64,000 nt of DNA from Gnetum montanum (Eukaryota > Plantae > Gnetophyta): positions 248,001-312,000 of the forward strand of contig MNCI01003135.1 in assembly GCA_015680685.1 (NCBI GenBank), in the 5' to 3' direction. Numbering within the stretch: position 1 is the stretch's first letter; each line of letters opens with the position of its first letter. Below the pieces are notes generated by a model, which was not told the DNA's origin, made no database searches, and was given only the letters and a program-made list of their open reading frames with translations. The translations under genes and the position numbers were made by a program. Below are positions 13,022 through 24,559 of this stretch, piece by piece.

Positions 13022-13320
13022 TGTAAAGCAAACAAAAGCTTTCCAATCTATGAAGATTTAAATCTTTGCTTTTTCAAATCTATGAATTTATGTTTTTAAC
13101 TATGAGCCAAATTGATTACAACAAAAAGCAAATATGAATTATATTTGATGAAATTAATTTCTTTGCTATAATTACGAATACAAATTTTTATCCTAAGTTG
13201 CAAAGCTAGCAAAAGCCTTTCAATCTATTAAAATTTATATTTTTGCTTTTGCAACTCTAGTTGAATTTATGTTTTTAAGTATGAGATAAATTGATTGCTG
13301 ACAAAAAGCAAATTTTAATT
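13022..13320. repeat. Diverged direct repeat, ~125-bp matching cores, period ~177 bp
   Basis: caaaagc.tt.caatctat..a.attta.at.tttgcttt....tttatgtttttaa.tatgag..aaattgatt...acaaaaagcaaat occurs twice. Confidence 0.75.
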
Positions 13321-13377
13321 TTATATTAAGATAAGAGAAAAATTAGTTTACACTTAAGTTAATTTATTTTACAATTT

Positions 13378-13477
13378 AACACTAACACATTGGATCCCAT
13401 CCAAACATAGTAATTAGGTGTAACTGAGCTAAAGTAGTGTGGGGATGGATAACCTTTTAGTCTTAGTATTGCACTTT
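13378..13477 (+). pseudogene. Decayed 5S rRNA copy
   Basis: By-eye alignment to the plant 5S consensus from memory (AGCACTAATGCACCGGATCCCATCAGAAC...GAGTAGTACTAGGATGGGTGACCT...AGTCCTCGTGTTGCA) gives about two-thirds identity without gaps over ~78 nt. Differences are mostly transitions, and the 3' end agtcttagtattgcac is followed by TTT. Confidence 0.75.
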
Positions 13478-15555
13478 AATTCAATACATACAATCATAGC
13501 TTACATATCTTAAGACAAGACAAATTTTCTAAAGCCATCATTGGGGATTCATGAGATGACAATTGGTATTTTTAGGGAATGCAATAGTTTAAAAAATAGA
13601 ATATCTCTTGGGAGAAACTATAAAAAGAATCCTAAGCATATTTGCTAGTTAGTCAACCAAAAGTATTTAACACAATTGTCATCTAATGTAGGAGGCAAGA
13701 AACAATTTTATTTACAATACATAGATGTAATGACTAGATGTAGAAGCTCACTATATCTCATCTACTATACTAATAAAGTATCAAAGTGCCATCAATAACC
13801 TTTGGTTAAATTCACATCATCTTAGAATTGAATGTGGAAATGGATTCGACTTTCCCAAGAAGTACCCACTTCTATGTGCTATAGATTAAAAGCCCTTGAA
13901 GATGAGTTGCATATATTTGTTTTCTATGTTAAGAGTACCCATTTGAGATAGGTTATAATGTTTCAATAAAAAACTTACATGATTTGTTTTTGCTACCCCA
14001 TTGTTGGTTAGTCAATTTATGAAGTTTATCTTTATTTTTCATGAAAATGTTATATGTGTGTAGTAGATCCTATAGCTCTTGAGACATAATAAAGCTTCAC
14101 TTTTAGTTTCAAAATTACTATAAAAAAAATTTAATTCACAAAGAAGTAATGTTATTCCAACATTCATGTATTTACCTTTTCTATCTCTAAACTTAAATTA
14201 ATATTTTTTAACATTATTTTTTATTGATATTTTGTGCCTTCTCCTCTTCTTTGAATTGTTTTTCACTTTTCTTAGATGGTTTGTTTATTATGTTGTTTTC
14301 TCTTCTGAGATTGTTTGTTTTTCATGGCTTATCATGAGCACACACTTAAGAACTTTTATTTTCTTGAGGATGAATAACATGCCCGCACCATAGCTTGAAG
14401 GTAGAGAAGATGGACCTTTAGGTATAGTCAGAATAACTTGTTAGAAAACAGAAGTTATATGTACCACACAAGGTACTACTAATCTATAATTCTATATCAT
14501 AGAGTGAAAAATAAATAGGATTGTAAAATCCTAAACAAGTTTTAGAAATCCCAATAAATTCGATTTAAATCTTAAAATGAGTAAAATGAATGGTTCTACT
14601 CACTTGGCTGTTACATTTTTTTTGTGATGTATTTAGATTTCATTTTCACCTTTCTCAACAATCTGGTAGTTACCAATATGATATGATATTGTTAATTTCC
14701 ATCATATTGTATGTTAAAGATGAAAATAAACTATGTATAAATTGGAGTAAGAGGCTAATGTCAAAGTGCCTCATTGTAACTGCAGTTTGGCCTAGGATGT
14801 GAATTCCATTTTTGTTCTTAATCTCCTCTCACAAATTTTGCATTGCTTGTTTTTATTATATTTTATTTTAAATTTTAAAATTTGACAAATTTTTTCAATT
14901 CTTTCCTCTGGATTTACATAGAAATTCAAATATAGAATTTTAATTTTATCTCTACTGAAAAACAGCAATAAATAGCGTAATAAATTCAACAAATTAATAA
15001 AAATATTACTGTGCTTATGGTTATAAAGCGGATTCTATTTTTTATTGGCTTGCTCTAGACTTAAAGTAGTGACAGAGTCTTCGATTAATCGCACAAACTA
15101 CCTGTAACAAAAGACCAAAAATGAGGTTTTGGAAAGCTGAGAATTACAATGAACCTGGCTGTCTATAATGTAAGATAAAAAGTAAAAATATCTGAGCTAT
15201 GCAGTTTATAGATGATACAACTAGCTTAACTATATATTTTATATTTTTTAATAAAATCAAAACCATTGTACAGTGATAATTCTGATGAAAATGTTTATCT
15301 CCTCACCTTGCTTTATAACAAAAATTATTTATTTGTAGATACAAAGTCCAAGTAACAAATTAGTTGGCCTCTCCAATAAAACTCCTAGCTCATATAAAAA
15401 TTACTGTAAAAAAGTTCACTGTTGTGACACTGATAGTTGGCTTCTCAACCAAAATTATGCCATAAACCTAGCTAACAAATGGTGCTTGTTTTCCCCTTTC
15501 TTTCATGCAATCCATGGATGATAACTACAATTATTCGATAAACCTAGCTAACAAG

Positions 15556-15804
15556 TTATGCATGCTTTTCGCTTTCTCCTGTGACAGAATAGAAACCAGA
15601 AGCAGCAGAAGAAGAAGCGTGTGGGTTGCCCTGGCGGCCTAGATCATTGAAATATGAAACAACATCAGGGGCCAAAATACCATGCTGTTTTAGCTGCAGA
15701 ACAACAGTACGTACTGGACTTCTGTTCTCGATACAGCTCGTTAGCAGGAGCAGAAGAAGAATTGGAAGACAAACTGCAGCAACCTTGTTATCCGCCACCG
15801 TCAT
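15556..15804 (-). CDS. Small gene 2: paralog of gene 1 with signal-peptide-like N-terminus (82 aa unspliced, or 45 aa if intron 15579-15714 is spliced, ending at 15531)
   Basis: MTVADNKVAAVCLPILLLLLLTSC matches gene 1 MTMAVSKVVELCLLI. Same AAAATGAC start context. Donor CCA|GTACGT and acceptor tctgtcacag are homologous to those of gene 1. Confidence 0.45.
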   Translation of the reverse strand: MTVADNKVAAVCLPILLLLLLTSCIENRSPVRTVVLQLKQHGILAPDVVSYFNDLGRQGNPHASSSAASGFYSVTGESEKHA

Positions 15805-15866
15805 TTTTCTGCGATGATAAGTTACTTTTTCATCTGCACACAGCTTCCCCAGCCTCATATCTGAAC

Positions 15867-15874
15867 TTTTATAG
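15867..15874 (-). promoter_or_regulatory. TATA box of small gene 2
   Basis: Minus strand CTATAAAA ~69 nt upstream of ATG 15804. A G-box CACGTG lies at ~15981. Confidence 0.5.
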
Positions 15875-17045
15875 GGCGGATTCAACAACTCTAGACTTTT
15901 TTGCGGATGAATATTGTTCACGATATTTTCGTGCATACCAGGTCGAACCTTCTTAACCTTTCCTACACGATAGGAATCTTCACGTGTTTTCTTGTTGCGG
16001 AAGTTTCGTTGCTCTGCGGAGTCAAGTTCAACGTCATCTTTATGCTATTTCCAAGCAGCTTCCGACTTTTCTTTCAGCCACGGATTCTTTGTTTTTTAAA
16101 AAAGCGTGAAGATCTATGGAACATTCTCATAATCTCCGGTAATATACCTCTCTCCGCGTTTGTAGGGTAAGACTATCTCATCCCTGATTCACCGCGTCAT
16201 GCTTACTAGAGACGTCAGGTTTGCTTAAAAAATAATTTTGTTCCTCGAATTTCTAAGCACGAGACTTTATGTGAGGCCGGTCGTATTTCTGCCATGGCCA
16301 TCTATATTAGATTGAAAATTGCTTTCTGCTTTTACGATGGGACCTCCATGGCCATCTATATTAGACTTGAGATATCTGTACATTACTATTCTAAAGAAAT
16401 TATTTCAACTCAATTAAGCTATACCAATTCAAAGTTTATAGTATATTTGGGCTTTTGGGTGTAAAAGAAACAAATCTTGGAATAAGTACAAGAAGTAGGA
16501 TGAGGAGGAATGAAAGCTTTATGGTTAAAACTGAGAAATACTTGTGATATTGTGAAATCTTGTGATGTTGTATGAAACGTATTGTGAAACAACTAAGAAA
16601 TTAAGAAATTGAAAAATTGAACTATGAAAATCAAATCATTCGAAAATCCATTCTAAAAAAATTAAAACTAGAAAAACGTTGAAAAATATGAGAACTAATA
16701 ACTTCTTCCATTATTTTTAAAATAACACTGCATTAGGCTTCTAGCAAAATAAAGTAGCTCTTCTAACTCCTTTTACAAGGAAAGGGAAAACAAACTCAAC
16801 ATGACTGAGTTAAACTTATCATAACAAACCACTAACTACTAAAAAATTATTTTTTAAGAAAACTTTTAATAATTAAAAAACTTACTAACCCAAACAATTT
16901 GTTTAAAAACATTTTCCAAAGGAGAAGAAAACAATTTCTACACTACACAATACTCAACATTCCCTCCTTTAGTGCTGAAATTGGTTTGAGAATAGCTAAT
17001 TAGAAACTTGAAGATCTTTCTTCTCAACATCTACTTTGCACATAC

Positions 17046-18763
17046 TGTGATGATCAAAAACATCAATGGCTGGAACACCAAGAGGTTAGCGGACATACAG
17101 CCTAACCCTTAGTCTTTGCAAGGGCCATGCTGGAAATGGAGACATGGTGCCCTAAACGGTCTTTTCAATTAAATAAGGACTTACAAGGTGTTATGAGGAA
17201 CACATGTGAAAGGGGTTTGTACAGTGTTACTGGTGGGCACCAGGGCTGGCCAAGCTAGAGCATAACAAGGTGTCTTGGCTTTAGAATAGTGGTGTTAACG
17301 TGCAAATGCATACGAAACAGTAAAAAAATGCGAGTGCTATGCTAAATTCCAAAGAAAAAATGCTTGAAAATGCAACAAAACTTGAGAATGGAAGTGCACT
17401 GCCAAAAACGGAGGGAACATAGCAATTGTAAGAAAAGAGATGACAGTGGTACCTAGTGTAGTCACAGTCTCTAGGGTGTTTAGGCTATGGAACTAATGGT
17501 TGCCATGGGGACTAAACCTACTGGGTTGGTTATTGTGGTGTTCCATGAGCAAAGTGGTGAACTACGTGCTAGATGGTGTGCACTAGTTGTCCAACAGGGT
17601 CCTATAGTACACCAAAGTGCTAAGTGTGCTCAAGTGCAAGAGTGCCAAAGGATGCTAAAAATGCCAAAATGCACAATGCCCTTTTGGTTTGTGAACAACT
17701 AAAATGTTGAGCAAAGGGGTATTTATAGGATTAGGGTTACCGCAAAATGCTAACCAAGCACCATGTGGCATGAAGGTAGGTGGGGCTATGCTAGATCTAG
17801 CTACGCTCCCATGAGAGTACCAAGTGCTACACTCTAGTGTACTACAATGGATCCTCAAAGTTTGTTGGACTGTGACTACACTACCAAGACTGCATGTGCA
17901 AAATTTTGAATGAACACAATGTACCTACAAATAGTACAACTTGGAGGCGACACTCCAAGACTATGTCTTCACCTTTTTCGAGTAGGGTCAAGCATAGGTA
18001 CAATTTGAGGGACCAATAGGGGGTGCGAAAGAGATAAAAATTGTTGATCTTGCTAGCTGGAGGAATGTTGGAGCTGAGATGAAGGTTGATGCTAAGCTTT
18101 GGAGGCTGTCAAAGGCTTCTTTACAATGCTACACTAGCTACACTCTAAAGCGTAGCACAACACTTAGTCAAATTTTGCAAAATTGGATGTCCAACACTAG
18201 CTACACTAGCTATGGTCTAAAGCATATTTGGAATTCTTAGAAAAACTTGATAGAATCTACAGTTCTCCTTCATGCTATGCTCTGTGGTGTAGCACAAGGG
18301 GTAGCCCTAGAAATTAGAAAGTTTATCAAGCTATCCCTCCATTTTGAGCTATCTTGATAACTATTGGCTTGACACTTAGGCAAACTAGCCATTGAAATGT
18401 GTGCTACATTGGATATGCTTTAGAGCATAGAAACCCACGGAGTTAAAAAATTTGCAAAATTGTTCCTTCCATCCAAAGTCATGTTGACAATTTCTAGCTT
18501 GGCACTTGAGCAAATTGGACATAGAAATTTGTGCTATGTTGTCTACACTCTAGAGCATAGTAGGCAAAGGGAGAGCATAGTACAATACTTAGAATAATTT
18601 TCATGCAACTACTGTTGACACTTAGAAAATCTTATAAAATAGGCCCTGTGATGCATGCTATGCTAAGGAGCATAGCACCAACACTTAGAAGAATTTTCCA
18701 AGCTTTGACACTTAAAACAAATTTGTAGTTAAAGTGCTAAAGCCCAAAATTGATGGTGTTTCA
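17046..18763 (-). repeat. 3' LTR of the Tat/Ogre-like element
   Basis: Runs tgtgatga...ggtgtttca and is colinear with 43546-45263. Confidence 0.9.
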
Positions 18764-20187
18764 TTGGCCCCTCTTTGTTGATGTCTAGAGCAGTGGCTCG
18801 AGAGACATCAACAAAGAATAAGAAACACCACTACAAACATGATACCAACATTGCTCATCAGTACCCAATTAGAAAATGCTTCATCATGTTTTAGAGTGCT
18901 AAGGAAATAAAGTATGGTAGGGAGCAGGTTAAAGAAATGGACCATGGGATAGCAAGTGGGAGGGATGCCCATAGTGCATGTAGCTATAAGATGTAGCATC
19001 ATGATGGCTTGTTTCCAAAGCATGATTCCTCATCGGAATGCTTGTGAGATGGTTGATGCGGGGTTGGACCAGTTGCAAAAAGATAACATTGCTATTTTTT
19101 CTTGGACACTTGTTTTGTCCCATATTTTTTATTTTTGTTTTTCTCTTTTTGTGGTAATTGGAAGATGTTTGTCATTAGGCAGACTACGTGCCACCCAACA
19201 AGCTTTATTTAGAGGTAGCCACATTGCATCTGTAGGATAGGTGTTTCCTCCCCAGTATGAGTTGTGTTACATCCACTCGGGCTTTGACTAGCCTACAAAG
19301 GCTTCCCATGGGATGATTTGCATTATGTCCAACATGGGTTCTATAGCTAATTGAAAGAAGGATGCCATGTGCATCAAAGAAGTTTGCCAAGAAAATTTGG
19401 GAGATGCAGGGTAAAAAAAAAGAGGTAAATGTGAATAGGCTATGGCTAAGTAAAAGGGATGTGCACTCTTGAGTGGCTTGATGAATCAAAGCAGGTAGAT
19501 CAAAGTAGTGTGGTGACTTGCCACCATGGCAAAACACATCTTTGAACAACTACTACTGAGGCTTCATCTTGAAAACATAACATAGAGAAAATAAGAAAAC
19601 AACCATAACATGTGACATGAGAGTGAACTTCTAGTTACAAGGGCAATGCCAGGGCCATGAGTGCTATGTCAGTTGTAGGTGCATGCAATGTCCAAAGCAA
19701 GAAGGCTAGTGTGAGTGCTAGAGCTAGCAGGTTGTAAAAGCTCCAACAGCCATACCGGAAGTGAGCACCCAAGCAGCTATGGGTATTGGAGATGCAAGTG
19801 TTTAAGACTACTTACTAAGGGTAGGAGCTTGAAAACCTAGCAGCTCAACAAGGAGCTAAGCTATTGGATGCTCTTCCTAGATTAGGTAGTGGTGGAGTCT
19901 AGAGGATGGTAGTGTCATGGTTGGGACATAATACTGTTGGGGCTCTTGCAAGTGATGTTGATTGTGAGAACTCCAACCAAGATGACTGGCAATGGTGGCA
20001 ATAGGATAGTCACACTACAAATGTTTCAAAGATCTTTTTCTTGATGACATGAACTCTATACTAGAACTACAATGTCCTACCCCATCCTACCCAAGAGGTA
20101 GTGGGTAGGTGATAGAGGGTTGGAAGTATTCATGCTTGCTTATCCACAATTCTATACGTGTTAAGCTATGTGTGCTGAATTAAAAAC

Positions 20188-20520
20188 CTAGTTTAAGGTC
20201 CTAGTAGAGCATATTTTATGCTCACTTAAGGTCCTAGCAGACCATGAACCCAATTTAAGGTCCTAGTAACCCACATACTATGCTAGCTTAAGCTCCTAGT
20301 AGACTGTGAACCTAGTTTAAGGTCCTGGTAGACCATGATGTGCTAGTTTGTAGTCCTAGAAAAGTACTATGTGCTAATTTAATGTCATAGCAAACAATGG
20401 AATGCCATTTTAAGGTCATAGTAGACCATGTTGTGGGTGCCAGTTTAATGTCATAGCCCAAGAACATTCTGTGCCAATTTAACATTGTAGTAGATGCTTT
20501 GTGCTAGTTTAACATTGTAA
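20188..20520. repeat. Degenerate ~28-30-bp tandem array downstream of integrase
   Basis: Repeated tgctagtttaaggtcctagtagaccat-like units. Confidence 0.8.
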
Positions 20521-20629
20521 TGGATGTATGCTCACCTTGCTATGTTGATGCTGCGTGTTAGGTGTAGTAGGGCTTGAGGTACGAATGGTTGACTGGGTTG
20601 ACAAACTCATTGAGATCTAGATCAATAAG

Positions 20630-23600
20630 CTTGAATGCTCCATTATCATAAGCCTTTGTGATCAAAAAAGGCCCTTCCCAGTTGGTTGAGAATTTGTCCA
20701 TGGGTTCGTGAATGAGCTTAAGGAACATGTCCCCTTTCTTGATTGGGCATTGATGTTGATTGTGGTGATGTTTTTGTCATTAATTTTCTTGGTATCACTC
20801 AATGTGATCAAGTGTCTACATGCACTCCTCCTCTATAAAGTCAAGATCAATGGTTCTCAATTTGTTATTCTGAGCCTCATCAATGAAGCTTGAGAGGATC
20901 ACACAAAGTGATGGAACCTACAATTCAAGAGGCAACATTTTTTTAGACCCATACACAATGCTATATGGCATCTTACTGGTTGATGTTCTACATGTTGTGT
21001 AGTAGGCCCATAGTGCATAAACTAGCTACTCGTGCCATCATCATTTACTGCTACTAAGCATCTTCTTCAGAAGTCTGACAATGACTTTATTTGTAGCCTC
21101 TACTTGGCCATTCGGCTGTGGGTAGCATGGTGATGAAAAGAATTGTTTAATGTTAAGGTGTTCATAGAAGGCTTTCGTTTCTACACTACTAAATTATGGC
21201 CTGTTGTCCATGACTATAGTTATGGGTAGGCCGAATCAAGTCACTATGTTCTCAAGGATAAATTTGCAAATCTATTGTGATGTTATCTTCCTGAGGGAAA
21301 TGGATTCAACCTACTCAGTAAAGTATTTGGTTACAATTATGATGAAGCTATGTCTTGTAGAAGACTTAGCTATGATAGGTCCTATGATGTCCAATCCCCA
21401 ACACTGAAAAGGCTATGTGATCTATGTGGTATGTAGTTCAATGGATGGCACATGCATTAAGTTACCATGTTGCTGACACACATCATGTGTCTTGACCTTG
21501 AAAATGCAATCATGCTTCATGTAAGGCCAATAGTAGCCTAAGCATCTGATTCTTACTACCATTGCCTTGGGTGCTATGTGGCCTCTACATAGTCCTTCGT
21601 GGACTTGATCAATGATTGTTTGCACTTCACTAGAGCTAATACAAGTTAGCAGTATTTTATCATAGGATTTGTGACACAAGGTGCTATCACCTAGAAGGGA
21701 ATATTGCCATGATTATTTTCTAATTGCATCGTTTTGGGTAGTGGATAGGTGTTGTGGAGGCTTACCCTATTACAGATACATCTTAATATTTTCGTACCAC
21801 TCCTATGCATGAACTGTGCTTGTCATGGCTATGGATGAAATGCTTATTGTTTGGGTAATAGGTTTGGTGTAGTCCATTACTAAAGTGAGTAAGGCATGAA
21901 ACATGTTGGGTGCTATGCTTAAGGATAAGATGGCTAACGTGTCAGTAATGGCATTCTTGTTACAAGGAATATATTAGATATCTACAATTGCGAATTACTT
22001 GAGTAGGTGCTTTGCCAAGTCACAGTAAAGTTGTAAATGTTGTGCTTTACAAACATAAACCTTTATAACTTGGTTGACAACTAACTGCGAATCACCTCGA
22101 ACTACTTGGTTTTGGATTCTTAGATTATGGGCTACTAAGATGCCTCTGAGGATACCTTCATACTCCACTACATTGTTGGTGCAAGGAAATGCAAAGTGAT
22201 ATGTGAAGGGTTGGATCTCTCCAGAGGGAAACATGATGATGATATTGGCACCACCTCCTTTTGAGGTTGAAGCACCATCAAAGTGTAAAAATCCTCAAAG
22301 TTGGTAGGCACTTGGCTTATACTATTAACATGCTCATCAAGAAATTCTAGATCTACTGTCATTTGATCATCCATTGGTGAAGTCATTAGTTGTGTGACTA
22401 TTGGTTGACCTCTAGTGGATGCTTGCACTATGTAGTGTAAAATTTTGCAATTATTTCTTTCCATTGTGCAATTCAACTACTTTTGTAGATGTTTTTGGTA
22501 ATAGCCCAAAGTACATTACTTTTGTAGATGATGTTAACCTAACTACAAGAAAGATAATGCCTCCACTTCATAAGTGCAAAGACTAGGGTGAGGAAGTTCT
22601 TCTCCACATTGTTGTATTTTGCTTCATGGGACACTAGAACATGGTTTAGGTAGTAACTAGAAACATCTGAGCCATCATCTCGCTTTTGGTAAAGTAGAGA
22701 AGTAATGAACACATTTGAGGTTGCAAGGTAGATGTAAAATGACTTATCTCCTTGCAGAGGGTAGACTGTTGGAAGTTTAGGTAGCTCCTTCTTGAGGTCG
22801 TTTAATGCCTTTTAGCATTGAGCTATCTACTCAAAGTGGACCCCCTTTATGAGAAGATGTTGCATTGGCTACAAATTATCAGTTAACCTTGCGATAAAAT
22901 TATGAATGAATTGCACTCTACCTTGTAACCTATGTAGCTCCTTAAGGTTTGTTGGTGGTGCTAGGCTGATGATAGCCTTAACCTTATTGAGGTTTATGCA
23001 TATGTCTACCTCTAATACTACAAAGCCTAACATGTGATTGGTTTTGATGCCAAAGACACTTCTTGGGGTTTAGACTAAGGTCATGTTTAAGGTAACATTT
23101 GAGTACATTGTCCAAGTCATTTGCATGGTTGTGAGCCACCTTGGACTTAACTTCTATGTCTTAGAAATAGTCATTAAGAAAGTCTAGTAAATACTCACTA
23201 AAGATATACATCATTGTGTATTGGTAGATTTCTCCTATGTTCTTTAGTCCAAAAGGCATCATTGTGTAGCAAAATGTACCCCAATGGGTCATAAAGGTTA
23301 TGTTGAGTTGGTGCTCTAGGTTGATCTAAATGTGGTTGTACCCTAGGAACCCATCCATGAAGGACAATAAGGCATGACTAGCCATAGTATCAATGAGTTA
23401 GTCAATACTAGGCAATGGAAAATAATTTTTAATGTTCAACTTATTTAGGTCCTAGAAGTCTATGCAAATGTGTATACTTCCATTTTTTCTTAGGGACAAC
23501 TATGATGTTGGAAACCTAGTCTATGTAGTCAACTGCCTAGATGAAACTAGAATTGTAAAGCTTGGTGATTTTATCGCGAACTACTAATGCCACCTTAGGC

Positions 23601-23849
23601 TTAACCTTACAGGCTTTTTTTTTTAACTAGTTTTACATGAGGGTCAAGGATGATGTTAGGTTACACTATGAGAGGGTCTAAAACAGACATATCCTCATAG
23701 GACCATGCAAATGCCTTGATGTTATCATCAAATATTTTGGTGATGCTTTTTGTGGGTTGAGACTCTAATAAGGAACTAAGTTTTAGTGTCTTTACCTCAC
23801 CTCTATGCATTATTACAAAGACTTCAATGAGGGGATCCTTGATTATGTC
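20630..23849 (-). pseudogene. Decayed pol of the Tat element: RT, RNase H, archaeal-type RNase H, integrase
   Basis: AFAWSYEDM and FMDGFLGYN (RT). PCTNNVVEYEG..GDSQLVVNQV (aRH, ORF 21995-22234). HEGLCRGH..GYYWPYMKHDC (integrase zinc finger, 21422-21679). KFSTNWEGPF (GPY/F motif). Confidence 0.9.
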
Positions 23850-24360
23850 TGTGACATCCCATTCTTGGATGTCATAAAAATACGAACACTTAATTTATTA
23901 CATTCATCATTTTAATGGATAATATATTAAAAATATTATAAATAATTAAATAATGAATTAATTGGAAAATAAATAATTGATACTAAATAATTAAGCAAGG
24001 AAAGATGAAAAAATTATATTAATGTAAGAGAGTATTGTAATGCCCTTTTGGGTAGTTTTCCTATGCCATTGAAGCCTTAGAGCCAATCCAGCATTGCCAC
24101 CATGGTTAGGCTATCCTGCCAAAGGGGTGATCAATTCCTTTTTGTCCCACTTTACCTAGATCTTGTTACTCACCTCTCCAAGCTTTGCAAGTCTATGTCT
24201 GGCATGACCTCTAACCCTGACCTTAAATGGCATAGGTCAAACCCTTTCCCAAGGGATATATGAATAGTCATAACTCCTCATAATGAGATGCCCCTTCATT
24301 AGAAGGTTAATTACATTGTTTACAATCTTTTCCACTGTTAACAAGGGATGTGATGTTACA
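23850..24360 (-). repeat. 3' LTR of the chromovirus
   Basis: Runs tgtgaca...tgttaca and is colinear with 33094-33601. Confidence 0.85.
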
Positions 24361-24559
24361 ATCTACCTCCTTTAAGCATCTAGCTCATTCTCGAGCACTT
24401 CCTTGATATCCAGCTATTTAATAGTTGCTTTTTGTTATGCTCCTTAGCTTCAGTTCCCTTATTTTCCTCATTATCATCTATACAAATAAAAGATCAAAAT
24501 TTATAAATGTAATTTATTACATCCATAATAAATTCAACTATCATTCAATATCTAGATGA

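Noticed and set aside
15633-15665. YFNDLGRQGNP (gene 2) versus YFDELNRRANA (gene 1) as a conserved PSY-like peptide
   Set aside because: It lacks the DY motif, and in gene 1 it lies in the predicted intron and is followed by a stop. Nucleotide homology of the duplicated intron is sufficient explanation.
15805-15936. N-terminal 44 aa of the 126-aa ORF 15556-15936
   Set aside because: It overlaps the TATA box, and homology with gene 1 begins at ATG 15804, so the extension is probably untranslated.
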